Positions 12,121-24,156 of a stretch of 64,000 nt of DNA are shown one piece after another. The notes beneath the pieces are model-generated. The model had not been told where the DNA came from, ran no database searches, and saw nothing but the letters and a program-made list of their open reading frames with translations. Within the stretch, counting starts at the first letter, position 1. Each line of letters opens with the position of its first letter. Origin of the DNA: Neoechinorhynchus agilis (lineage: Eukaryota; Animalia; Acanthocephala); assembly GCA_051530055.1 (NCBI GenBank), contig CM121343.1:1458389-1522388 (forward strand), in the 5' to 3' direction. The position numbers were made by a program, and so were the translations under genes.

Positions 12121-12548
12121 ATGGTCCTGTCGTGTGGTCCTTTTAGAAATGTGGGCAGGTATAAAAAAGGTCGGTATAGAAGTCGATTTCAGAGGAAATG
12201 GCAAGAAGGGAAGTGGTTCCTGCTGCAAACGTGATACCGTTCCGATCATTTGTCGAAGATGAACATTGGAAAGATTATATATAGCAGCATATGATAGTGA
12301 GTAGAATCACCGATGCGGATCAGAAAAAGGCCTTGGTTCAACGACTTTTCGTCAATTGACGAAGATTCTGATCCGAGATAAGTTGCAGTTGGTGAGTTAT
12401 GAGGAAATTTGCAACACGCTCTTAAGTCTGCTGGAAATGTTCGAGCACGAGGTGACGGCTCGATATAAGTTCGGTCAAGTTTTGATAAAGGCAGAACAAA
12501 CTTATTCTGAATGGTTTTCTAAAGTAAAGGGAGCTGCAGAAGGCTGCA
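12121..12548 (+). mobile_element. Gypsy (Mag-like) gag N-terminal fragment; duplicate at ~23358-23785
   Basis: EHWKDYI..ITDADQKKAL..SYEEICNTL..VTARYKF..TYSEWFSKVKGAAEGC, a typical gag N-domain pattern. Confidence 0.65.
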
Positions 12549-12870
12549 ATGGATATGGTAACAAAAACATGAAGGCAGTTACTTATACGACGAAACAAAA
12601 AACTCTCAGTGCCCTCATAGGTTCTGCAAGAGGTGACTCACCGCATGGTGTTGTCTACGATATACCTTTTGGGGATTGTAGTAGGTCCTATATTGGACAA
12701 ACTAACAATCTTCCACGCAGAATCTATGAGCATAAATATGCACTGAAGCGATGTGATGGAAATTCAGCGATTGTCAATCACGTCAATACGACAGGACATT
12801 CCATCAATTTTGATGATGTCAAAATCTTAATGCGTAGTGACGATCGATATTCGCGTGTTATTGTTGAATC
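12549..12870 (+). mobile_element. Penelope GIY-YIG fragment; duplicate at ~23786-24133
   Basis: GVVYDIPFGDCSRSYIGQTNNLPRRIYEH..SAIVNH..VIVES. Confidence 0.85.
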
Positions 12871-12890
12871 TGTTGACAGTCATCAACATC

Positions 12891-13979
12891 ATGCGAAGTT
12901 TTTGTTCTGACGGAAAAAGCGTATTTAGTAGTGAACACCCTTCGAAACCTCCTGATCCTTCTGATAATCATGGAGGCTTTGTTCTGGAGAAGCGAGAGCA
13001 GCTACTCTCTAATCTCGAGCTACAACAATCACAAGTCCTGGGAAACAACTTCCAGTCGACATCATCAAAACAAATTCCAATATCAAATTACTTGTCTTCA
13101 CCGACAAAAAGATGGTCATACATAGCTATCTTCAAATCAAAACCAACCCTTCCCAAACAAATCATGTACGATCAAATAGTAAGCCCTTGGACTCGTTCTT
13201 TTAAAAACGATGGCATTAAAAGAATCGATCACTTAACATATTTCGCCGGCACGCTTAGAATTTATATGGTGTCACATACTTGGTTGGAAAAATTGGTCAA
13301 CTTCTCTATTTCTAATCTTCCCAAGGAAGTGTATGATGTTTCATATAGCTCTCAAAAAGTACAATTTCCTGTGAAAGGAATTGATCCTTCAATCACTAAT
13401 GAAGAGCGGGAAGATTTCGAGCAATCGTTCAATTGCAAGATCAAGTTTTTTTTTAATTCAAGGAGGACAGGTCAACCCATCTCGATTGCCATGGTGGAGG
13501 GACAAAGACAAGTTCGCGACGACTTATGCACACAACAATTTTGCTCGTTCAATTGCTTTGAAATTAACTTTGCGATGAAGTCGAACCATGAACAGGATGA
13601 CTTCATATTCCCACAATGCACCATCTGCCAGCAATGGGGCCACTGATGCCAAAATTGCCCCAATCCATCCTTAAAAAAATGTTGCCACTGCGCAGATGCC
13701 TCCCATGGTTCGGATCAGTGTATTAAGTCAAAAAAGTAGTGTGTGAATTGTCATGGACAACATTCGTCCTTCTATAAAGGCTGTCCTGAGTTCAAGAAAT
13801 ATTGGGCTTGGGCTAAAAAGTCTCTCAATGCCGGTGGAGACAACAGGAGCAAATTCAGGAATCCAACCGAGCAGTCAGCAGCGAAGCTCAACTCAGCGCT
13901 TCAAGCAGCCTCCTATCGTCAATTTGACAACTCTACTTCGGAACATTCCGTCAATGAGCCGTCAGCTCAAGTTGTGACC
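12891..13979 (+). mobile_element. LINE ORF1, subfamily D (3'-truncated)
   Basis: Starts CATC-ATG MRSF..KPPDPSD; knuckles CTICQQWGH(*)CQNC, CCHCADASHGSDQC, CVNCHGQHSSFYKGC. Confidence 0.8.
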
Positions 13980-16193
13980 AATCGCACAACATACGCTTCG
14001 TAAACGATTTCGTAAAAGGAAAAATGGTAGATCATGATTATAAGACTAGAAGTATACTGAAAAAGCAGTTGAACACACTGGGGATCGTGGAGGCGGAGGA
14101 AGCTCAGGAAGAGATGCGAGACTTGAGAGTAGTTAATTGGTCTAGCAGAACACTCACAAAACATGAAATCAGCGTTTTAGCAATGGGGCCTGATTTCATT
14201 CCCACACCGAAGATTTCGGACATTGAGGTGAGATGTGATGTGGAAGCGATGTTAAAAACAGCCCCTGGGGAAAGTTTCAACGATATAATTCTGTACGAAA
14301 AAGTGGCGAGACAACAGATAAGACGACTAGTCCCGAACATGGATAAAAACGAGCTGATGGCCATGAAATCGCTACAAAAGGACGACAGTATTCGGATATG
14401 CCGAGTTGACAAAGGAAAGGCATTCGTAATATTGAACAAGGAAAATTACTCAGAATCTGGAAGGAAATTGCTCAATGATGGAAAGTTTGTGAAATTAATC
14501 AAGGATCCAACAGTGGCACGTGAACGTGCATTCAATCGGCATCTTATGGACTTACAGAAGTCAGGAAAAATATCACAAGAATGATACAATAACACACGAT
14601 CAACGAATGCATCCGCAGAATTCTTATACATGCTCCCGAAACTCCATAAACCGAAACTGAATGTAAGACCTGTGATAGCCTCTTATAATTCCTTTAGCCA
14701 TAGATTGGCAAAGGTGATTAAACAATTACTCAGACAATATATCGAGAAGAGCAATTCAGAAGTGAAGGATGGACCTGCGTTTGCAAAATTGGTAAGAAAG
14801 ATGGATCCTAGAAACAGGTGGTTTATGGCAGTGGACATTAAGTCTCTATTTACAAATATACCACTTAAAGAAGCAACAAAATCAGCAGCAACCCTACCAC
14901 AAGTAAAATGCGAGTCACCTTCCCTAAGCGTGGAGGAATGGATAAAGCTGATTGATTGGTGTACCACGAGAACATCTTTCAGTTTCGAGGATCTAATTAT
15001 TGATCAGATCGATGGTGTAGCGATGGGATCTCCGTTAGGACCAATACTGACTCACATATTTCTAACAGAATACGAAAAGACGGTTCGAAGAATCATTCCT
15101 GAGATATTGGTATGGTACCGGTATGTGGACGACGCCTTCCTCGTTTTAAAGGAGAATCCCGAAACTATTGATGTGCAGAAAAAACTAAATAGCATTCATC
15201 TGTCGATCCAGTGGACTACAACATTTCAAAGTCCAACAGGTGAATTGTCTTTTTTGGACGTAATAATGAAACGCAACGGGAACGAAATAGATACCAGAGT
15301 CTTTAAAAAACCAGGAATACCATGGGGCTTATCAGATTGAAAGAGTCATGGGGCGACACGATATAAAGTCGCAGCGGCGAAGACTCTTTTCAATAGAGCA
15401 CGAGAGATATGCAGCAATAGCAGAAATCTATCGGCAGCCATGATTGAGATAGAGGGTATGCTCCAAAAACGTCACTTTCCGAGATGGACGATCAAAAGAG
15501 CTAAATTTTGTAGAATGAAGGAAGGATATGCCACATCGGACAAAATGGTGATAAAATGCCTGAAGAACACGTATGTGGGTGAAAAGGCACTCAATCAGAT
15601 ATCGCACACTTTGTGGAAAGTGAAAGAACCGAAGATGATACCATATTTTCCATCCGCCCCGAAATTGAGTGGCCTGTTCAAAAAGAAACCGAAGACACCA
15701 ACACCTTGTGTCGTATATACTATACCTTGCATAAATTGCCCGAAGAGGTATGTCGGACAAACGAAGCAAGGGTTGAATAAGAGAGTTAACCAGCACAAGT
15801 ATAGTGTGAGGGGAGGCGACACTTCTTCGGCGATTTTTAATCATGTGTTGGAGGACGGCCATATAATTGATTTCGATGGAGCAAGCATATTGGAAAGAGA
15901 AAATAACCTAACAAAAAGATTAATTAAAGAGGCGATATATATTGAGACGGTAAGCACATTCCAGGGCAATAAGAGTAATTGGTCATTGATATTGCCCACC
16001 GATAGTTTACAGTTAAGACGAGCTCAGGGGGAATTGCACGCACTCCCACGGGCAGTGACGCTCCCTAGTTAATACGACGAATAAAAATTACACACAAAAA
16101 ACTACATTCTTATGAGGGGACTGAGGTCTCGAAATATTAATGGAATAAATGTTAATTTTTCTCGGAGCGATAAAGAGTCACCCAAAAAAGAAG
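13979..16193 (+). mobile_element. Penelope-like element family P-A, copy 1 (RT + GIY-YIG + pLTR)
   Basis: LPKLHK..RPVIA, DIKSLFTNIP, GVAMGSPLGP, WYRYVDD, FLDV and VVYTIPCINCPKRYVGQT; two premature stops (14582, 15338). Confidence 0.92.
16105..16142 (+). ncRNA. Minimal hammerhead ribozyme of P-A pLTR (core G5 mutated)
   Basis: CATT-CTTATGA-G-GGGAC-tgag-GTCTC-GAAA-TAT-T-AATG: perfect 4-bp stem I, 5-bp stem II, palindromic ATAT stem III; CTTATGA replaces CTGATGA. Confidence 0.6.
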
Positions 16194-16279
16194 CTAATTT
16201 TAATAGAAATCAGAAATCAATGAATATTCCAATTTCCTTTGACATCTCAAAAGCTTTTGATAACATTAATATTAATTTT
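16194..16279 (+). mobile_element. 86-bp isolated fragment of compact-LINE RT
   Basis: NFNRNQKSMNIPISFDISKAFDNININF vs NFGQNRRAMNILISFDISKAFDNINIDF in subfamily A. Confidence 0.8.
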
Positions 16280-17708
16280 CACGGCAAAAGAAACGAAATG
16301 GTTTCATTTTGAGTGCCTTTTTAAATATATCCTTAAACGCACTCAAATATTTATTGAGTTTAAAATGGTTGTTGTAATTTTTCAGTTCAACGTGATGACC
16401 AATGGAGAGATTTGGTTACTCACACCTCAAATATCCATGACTTATTTTATGTTTTAGAATACGCAACCATTTTAATTTTTATCAGTTGGGTCAAAAGGTT
16501 TTCGCAATCAAGGGCTGCGGTGGGGACAGCACATAGCCGCTCATAAAACTTCAATTATTCAATCGATGGTCCCAATTTTTGTATGAAGCGCGATACGACC
16601 ATTTTAGTTCTTATGATTTGGGGTGTCTCCGCTTAACTGATGCATCTCGAAATTTTGGCTATGGAACCTGAAGTTCATAAAGGACGTACCTGAGAACTAT
16701 AAGGTAGCTGCGGTGGTAGATGATGATGTTGCGATGATGAGAGCATCGATTTCGAGTCTCTAATCATGAAGCCAAGAAATCATTGTCCAGAAAAAAGAAG
16801 CTTGTGAAATCTGAAGAATCATTGCAAAGTGAAAAAATCTGCAAAACCTCTGAAAAGACGGAGGAATCGCCTAAACAAATTGATTGCGATTTGTCATTTT
16901 ACTGCAGGGGATTACGCATTGGACTTTATAAGGATTGCGGGATATGGAATTTAGACTGGATTCGTCGAATGTTCCGACAATTCATGTCAAAAGAAATTAC
17001 AGCACAAGACCTTTAAGCATTACAAATCAAATAACTATTAAAACGATGATAAATAACGTAGAGAACAATAAATATTAATATTTAATTTAACTTGTGAACG
17101 CAAAATTTACAAATGCCGTTCAAAGATCTATGGATTCAAAATAATAAGTTATTCAACCGAATGGTGCAAGTTTTGTAAGTTAAAACAAGAAATTGTATCG
17201 AAGTAAAGATTTTTGTGTTTGGAATGTTAAAGAATCATAATTAAAATCAATAAAAATGTAGATGATTCTGTTCAAGCAGGTTCCTAACTTTAAATGCAAT
17301 AAATGATACACTATTTATATCTTTGCACTGTCCTTCGTTTGAACGTCGAACATCGAATGTGTTTCCAGTTTTAAGGACAGGGTGCATCACCGCTTAAACC
17401 TCTTTTTTAATCCGTCAAGTACGTTTCTTATAACTATTCGAAAATGCATCCAATCACCGTCGGACACATTGTAGCAATTTAAGAAAGCCGGAATTAAAAG
17501 TTTATTTTTTTTTGAAGGACGAGTGTATTTGCTAGGCTGCATTATTTCTGCGGTTAAATTGTATCCTAATAAAAAGAGATAAGTGGAATAAGGTAAGACG
17601 GCAGCATTTATTAGCGTTTCTCAGCTACTCAAATGTTCGGAAATTCCCTCTTTAGAATAAATACATAATTTATTATTGTTCATAATCAATCCTCTGTTTC
17701 AAAAGCCT

Positions 17709-17996
17709 TTAACTCGCAGGAGCGCTCTTGCATAAATATTGGCGTGCATATGAAGAGATAATTGAAAATACCAAAAGGATGGTCATTATAACAGGCATAA
17801 TAATTATAATCCTCAAGCAATCATCATAAAATTTTTTGGAATTTTTGCAGTTTGACTCATCGTTTCCTTCAGCTACATCCAATGTTGTATTGTTGGACAT
17901 TTTACTTTTGCGTCTTCGATACTTAACACAGAGCTTTTTAATTCGTCTCTTAGCAACGAGGATTTCATTGACGATTTTGAAAGTTGGCAATGCCAT
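17709..17996 (-). CDS. Duplicate of small membrane protein a (N-terminally longer open frame)
   Basis: Copy of 9236..9523; a TAA in copy 1 is GAA here. Confidence 0.35.
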   Translation of the reverse strand: MALPTFKIVNEILVAKRRIKKLCVKYRRRKSKMSNNTTLDVAEGNDESNCKNSKKFYDDCLRIIIIMPVIMTILLVFSIISSYARQYLCKSAPAS

Positions 17997-18966
17997 TCAA
18001 AGTTCCATGGAATCAAAATAATAAGTTATTCAATCGAATAGCGCAAGTTTTGTAAGCTAAAACAGGAAATTTTATCGAAGTAAAGATAAATGCGATTTTT
18101 ATGTTTGGAGTGTTAAAGAATCATAATTAAAATCAATAAAAATGTAGATGATTCTTTTCAATTAGGTTTCAAGTTATAAATACAATAAATGGTAAACTGC
18201 GTTGAACTTTTCATAATCCTTAGGTTGAACGTCGAACTTCGAATGTATTTCTAGTTTTAAAGGCAGAATGCTTCACCGCTTAAACGTTTTTTGAAAATCC
18301 GTCAAGTACAATTATAACGACTATTCGAAAATGCATCCAATCACCGTCGGACGCAATGTTATTTATAAAAGACAAGCGTGCTTTCTTATTTGAAATTAAT
18401 TCTATGATACTCGAGTATTTTAATCAGAGATAAGCAGAAAATTTATCGAATTTTGTGTTCGATGCTTTTAATTCAAATCGTGTGCATTCTAAAAAACCTG
18501 TTAATTTTTAATTAACAAATTTTTCGTTTATTTATAGTTAAGAACGAAAGTGAGTTTGTCAAAAAGGTATTGAACTCGATCTCTCACTTGGGACAAATAT
18601 GTCATTTTAAACAACTAAGTGTAAAATATTAATATATTTAAAAGAATATTCCATTTCCGAGTAAAAACAAGCGATAAAAACATATAAACAAAATATTTGT
18701 TATGTAAGCTTATTATGGAGGGGAATTTTCCGAGTAAATGACCGAAGTAAATCTTAAGATAAGCCGACAGCATTGATTAGCGTTTGAATATTTATTACTT
18801 GATTGCATAAGAGTTTAGAGGCGAAATAATTTCAGTATAATTGTGAAAGCTAGAATAAAATTCTGATTCATGCCGTTCGATTATTCATATAAAGTGAATT
18901 CACGTCAAAACCGTTTTTTTAGTTTAACCAAAAGCTCAGCAATTCATTTATTCGGAAATGCCCTTT

Positions 18967-19173
18967 TCAGAACAATCCATAATCTATTGTCGTTTCAGTC
19001 AAATCCTCTGTTTTAAAAGGCTTGAACTCATTGGATAGCTTTTTGTTATATTTTAGTCCATATATAATTATGAGTGAGAAATACGTGACGAAGAAGAGTA
19101 CAATAACAATAATCGATATTACGGTGAATTTTGTAACTGCGGACATTTTCATTTTGCCTCGTCGAAACCTCAA
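18967..19173 (-). CDS. Duplicate of small membrane protein b
   Basis: Near-identical to 10494..10700. Confidence 0.4.
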   Translation of the reverse strand: MRFRRGKMKMSAVTKFTVISIIVIVLFFVTYFSLIIIYGLKYNKKLSNEFKPFKTEDLTETTIDYGLF

Positions 19174-19829
19174 AGAAAACTTTAATGTCGTCTCTTAGCA
19201 ACGAATATTTAATTGACGAATTTAAATGTTGGCATCTTTCAGTTGAACAAACATTCAAATGCTTAAAGCGTCACAACAAAAAAGCATTCAGCATTATTGT
19301 CGATCGATGTTGTTGTATAATAAATGAAGGAATTAGATCATTGACTTGATAGCAATCAGATTCTGTACTGAGATTGAAATTGCCTTCCGATATCGGTTCA
19401 CTGATTATTTCCGACGAGACTTAAGTGAACATAAAAGTTTTCAACGCTAATCGTACCAGTAAATAAAAACATGGAAGTGAAAAATTCATAAAAATTATGC
19501 CATGGAATTGATGTGGTGGTAAATAAAATCACAAAAATGTTCCCATTTTCCCTTTCAATTGTACGCTTTCAGTATTTCGATGCTGCATTGTTTCTAAAAT
19601 ATTTCCTTGGTATTAAAGAAAGTAAATAATTAAGCACCCTGTTTAATTTTCGTCAAGTATGAATTTAAAAAATTTTAAGGAATCAATTTTTAATTAATGC
19701 ACTATCATACCAGTCAATAATCAAAAACGTATCTTCTTTTATGACGATCTGTGATAAAAGTGACACCGTCAGTCTTAGCCGTTCAGTTTTTATAGTAAAA
19801 ATATAAGGATTAAATAAATCAATGTGCGT

Positions 19830-20400
19830 TATGTTCCCTTTTGCTAATCCAAACTAACACTTCAGCGTTTGAGGATGAGTTCGAACTGTATAGCGTACCC
19901 ATCTTACTCACAGAAAGTTATCGACGAAGCGACCACGAGAGCAACCCTTCTATTACAAAAAGGGCCCATCCGATAAACCTCAGCCTGGGTCAACACTGTT
20001 TCCAAAAACAACTAATTAACATGTACAAACCAAATGAAATGACAAAAGGGATCGAATCGAGATGCTACTACACGACAAAAGCGTTTAAACCCTGCTTTAT
20101 AAGGGAAAGGAGAACGACCATCGAAACCCTCAATGCGGTTTACCGCTTCAACTGCCCAATGGATGCCTATAACAAATCTTACGTCGGCCACACTACTTGC
20201 AGGTTAGAGGAACGAATTAAACAGCACAGATAAAAGACAAGTGTAATATATAAGTGCACTTCAACGGAACATGAAGGCAAGACAATGAGAGAGGTAATAA
20301 TCATAAAAACATATTTTCGAAGCAAGCGCTTTAGTACCCATTTTGACTCTAAAGGTTCGAATTTTTGGACTAGTTTGTGTATAGTCCAGACCAACTTTTT
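19830..20400 (+). mobile_element. Penelope GIY-YIG fragment (further family)
   Basis: AVYRFNCP..SYVGHTTCRLEERIKQH. Confidence 0.7.
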
Positions 20401-21949
20401 TAAATTTAAATTTTATTTCCAGTTTAATTAAAAGAAACAAACACAATGTAATGTTTACATTCTTGTGCAATTTTGGTTTATAGAACCTAAGAATTGTTTA
20501 AATCCTAGCTTGTCAACGTATTTTTAGTATTCGGTTAAAACATAAAGTTAAACCCCCCAACCGATCTCTAAATTCGGTTTCAATAAATAGGCTATAAATG
20601 AATTTCAATTATGTTTTATTTATAATTAATTACATCCATTTTACTGATTTTAAAGAATTCGGAATAGAAATTTGTCTCAGTTTCTCCATAGAAATTGTTA
20701 AATCCAACGTGTGCTTTAATTTTAGCTTAATGTAGTGATTTATTGTAATAAAAATGGATGCATCGATTAAGTTTGCAATGCTTAGATCTCAATTTTCATG
20801 CATACGAATTAATAAAAGTCCAAATAATAATTCTAAATAAGATCTAAGCGAATTCGTCTTTTGTTGTAAGCTACAGGTAGATACATTCTCTCTTTCATCA
20901 ATATGCGTCCCTTACAGTGACGCCAAAGCTTTACGGGCCGTTATTCTATGAGTATCTTTTTCAAGAACGCAAGTTCAATTAACAAAAAAGTTTATAAACA
21001 TTCACACCACCACACTCGGTAACTCAGCTGCCGTTCTGGTGTAATGGTCGAAAGGACGGATTGCAGTTTCCCCTTTAACAACGATTGTCCGGCTCTAGGA
21101 TTTTGGGCCCAATATTAACAATTGCGTACACTTCGACGTGCCGTGAGTACCTTCCGCCTGAAAACTATAACCAAGTAAAGCTAAACAGGATTTTATGTAA
21201 TGCACAAATATATCTATAAATTTAAAGAAGTCTTAATTTAGAAGTCGATTTAAATTCCTCTAAAATTTAAAATGTTGATTGAACTCAATTTATCTTAAAT
21301 ATACGTTCTCTAACAAAAGATAGCTCAGTTGGCAGACCGGAATATTGTATATGTCGTTTGTTCAAATCCGGAGCGATTTTGACAATCCATTCTATAGCAG
21401 ATTATTGAGTTCTTACCATGGATTAGAAGCTTAAAAATGTTCATATTTTTGCAATTGCAGACTGGCATTCCATTTTTTGTCTCGGCTGTCTGGTGTAGAA
21501 ACGGCATTTAATAATATGCTCTAACCGTCGATATTATGACAAATAGAGAAAGACATGTAATTCACACTATCATCGCTATCAGGCTTATGTGGAATCGAAT
21601 GAATACTTTTAACTCCTGAACTTAATCCGTCGATTTACTTCTGCATCTTTACCAAATTTTATTAGAATTAATGCTCATAGATCTGTAAAAAATAATAATT
21701 TTAACTAAAATTTCGTTATTCCGAATCATAAAAAATGAGCTACATTATTTAGCCACCAACAAAACATTTATGTTGGCGATCACCGTGATGTTTATGCGTT
21801 TTTCCTCAACGAATCACCATTATTTAATTTTTAATATTGTCTGGGTTGTTAAACCTAACATAAAGCAAGGCGAAACTGTTAATCAGTTGCAAAAAATTGT
21901 GTTCCGCGAACTCATAGTAATAATCAGGTTCCTGTTGACCTTGGTCCTC

Positions 21950-23065
21950 TGGATGACCGCGAGGGGGAAAGATGGATGTAGATTATGATCAATTTAAGGT
22001 CAGTGAAGAAATTTCCGTTATTGAGACGAATAGTAAGAAGGATGTTGTGGTGGTTTTACGCAATGAGTTTTCTGCTCCCCGCCCTTTTCATGAGGTTGTG
22101 GAAGGTAATATTGATGTTTTGTTAAGAGGTGGTCTTTGAAAGTAATTTATATGCGGCCCCCTCACCGTGGTGAATTACTAGATGCAGCGTTTAGACGTGT
22201 ATTTCGTTTTCCTAGAAGGAGAGATGATTATGTTTTAAAGATTGGTAGAGAAGATTTGGGTGAATTGTCAATACATGATTTGACTAATTTTATTATGCTG
22301 AAGGTCTTAAACCTACTAACTTTAATAACGAGGATATTTCTTGAAGCGGAAGGTATTAAATTATTTGAGGAGCTCCTTAGTTGCAAAAATATTAAATATA
22401 AGAATATATCGTGTAAAGTGAGACAACTTTAGTGTTAAACCCTCCTCCTAACATGTCAAAAGAAGAGTTAGGTTTATTTCAGAATACTTTTGGTCTAGTT
22501 CCAATTAAACATTTGAAGAAGAGCCCATCTACGGAGCCGTATGCTTTGCTTGTGTCGGTTAGGCTGGATGAGGTGGACAAAGCTCGGGGAACTTATTTTG
22601 GATTTCTAGCATACTGGATCAAATTTGTTTCTCGTCGATCAGAATCGATACATGATTACGTGTTAACTCAGTGCGCTAATTGCTGCAATTGGGGTCACAA
22701 TAGTTTTCAATGCTCTAACCAGGTTAAGTGTATGATGAGATGTGGTGGCCCGCATAATAAAATTAATTGTAGTAATTCTTGCACGATTACGTGTGCAAAT
22801 TGTTCAGATGGGTATGAAGCATATAAATCCGGCAGCGGTGAATTATTGGAAGTTGGCGAAGCCGGATAATTCTTTGAATGGCAATGCCTAGTTTAATAAG
22901 AGGGCGGAAAATGTTTACTGGACTGTTCAGAAGAAAAATATAGCCTAGAGAGAGGGTAAGTTTAAAGAGGAGTTTAGATGTGCTTAAGGAGAGAGTAGAC
23001 AGTTTGAATAAGAACATTGAGGAGAAGCAAAAAATGATTCATGATTTATTAATATTATTGTGGCG
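21950..23065 (+). mobile_element. LINE ORF1, subfamily F (longer copy, decayed)
   Basis: ORFs 22136..22432 and 22432..22869 with zinc knuckles; the 5' boundary is approximate. Confidence 0.7.
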
Positions 23066-23111
23066 ATTAAGAACGTGAAAAATACATTTTTATAATTGCT
23101 AGAGTTGCCCA

Positions 23112-23156
23112 ATTGCCGGCGTTTCGGAAATTTATTCTTTCCATCTTCAGGGTAAC
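23112..23156 (-). ncRNA. Hammerhead-like motif in a Penelope 3' UTR
   Basis: GTTACC-CTGAAGA-T-GGAAA-gaataaa-TTTCC-GAAA-CGC-C-GGCAAT; perfect 5-bp stem II, 5 of 6 stem I pairs, U16.1 appears mutated to C. Confidence 0.5.
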
Positions 23157-24145
23157 GTTAACAGTCACACAATTTGTCAAACGCGCACGTAGAACCCAGC
23201 GTTAAACTAACGCTGACGTAAGCAATCAATTATCACACTAATCGTGGAGTTTGAGAGTATTAAACATCTCATTGAATTTGATATTGATAATTGGTTTGTC
23301 GTGTTTAATGATTAATGCTCGAAAGAACCCATTAGTAAAAAGATGAGCATGGGGGATATGGTCCTGTCGTGTGGTCCTTTTAGAAATGTGGGCAGGTATA
23401 AAAAAGGTCGGTATAGAAGTCGATTTCAGAGGAAATGGCAAGAAGGGAAGTGGTTCCTGCTGCAAACGTGATACCGTTCCGATCATTTGTCGAAGATGAA
23501 CATTGGAAAGATTATATATAGCAGCATATGATAGTGAGTAGAATCACCGATGCGGATCAGAAAAAGGCCTTGGTTCAACGACTTTTCGTCAACTGACGAA
23601 GATTCTGATCCGAGATAAGTTGCAGTTGGTGAGTTATGAGGAAATTTGCAACACGCTCTTAAGTCTGCTGGAAATGTTCGAGCACGAGGTGACGGCTCGA
23701 TATAAGTTCGGTCAAGTTTTGATGAAGGCAGAACAAACTTATTCTGAATGGTTTGCTAAAGTAAAGGGAGCTGCAGAAGGCTGCAATGGATATGGTAACA
23801 AAAACATGAAGGCAGTTACTTATACGACGAAACAAAAAACTCTCAGTGCCCTCATAGGTTCTGCAAGAGGTGACTCACCGCATGGTGTTGTCTACGATAT
23901 ACCTTTTGGGGATTGTAGTAGGTCCTATATTGGACAAACTAACAATCTTCCACGCAGAATCTATGAGCATAAATATGCACTGAAGCGATGTGATGGAAAT
24001 TCAGCGATTGTCAATCACGTCAATACGACAGGACATTCCATCAATTTTGATGATGTCAAAATCTTAATGCGTAGTGACGATCGATATTCGCGTGTTATTG
24101 TTGAATCGATACACATTCACGATCGCGACATCAGCATGCGGCCGC

Positions 24146-24156
24146 ATCATGGATAA
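24146..24156 (+). repeat. ATCATGGATAA junction motif 1 (putative TSD)
   Basis: Exact 11-mer immediately before LINE A. Confidence 0.85.

Larger units (their letters stand above)
7811..12870 (+). repeat. Segmental duplication, copy 1
   Basis: 7811-11057 = 16280-19531, 11057-11827 = 22295-23065 and 11915-12870 = 23152-24107, with only scattered substitutions. This copy lacks the equivalent of 19532-22294. Confidence 0.93.
16280..24107 (+). repeat. Segmental duplication, copy 2
   Basis: Same blocks as copy 1; identical or near-identical ORF translations in the track at offsets 8469-8473 and 11237-11238. Confidence 0.93.

Noticed and set aside
21028-21075. tRNA-like start with A-box (GCCGTTCTGGTGTAATGG) and a hairpin
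   Set aside because: No B-box/T-loop and no cloverleaf.
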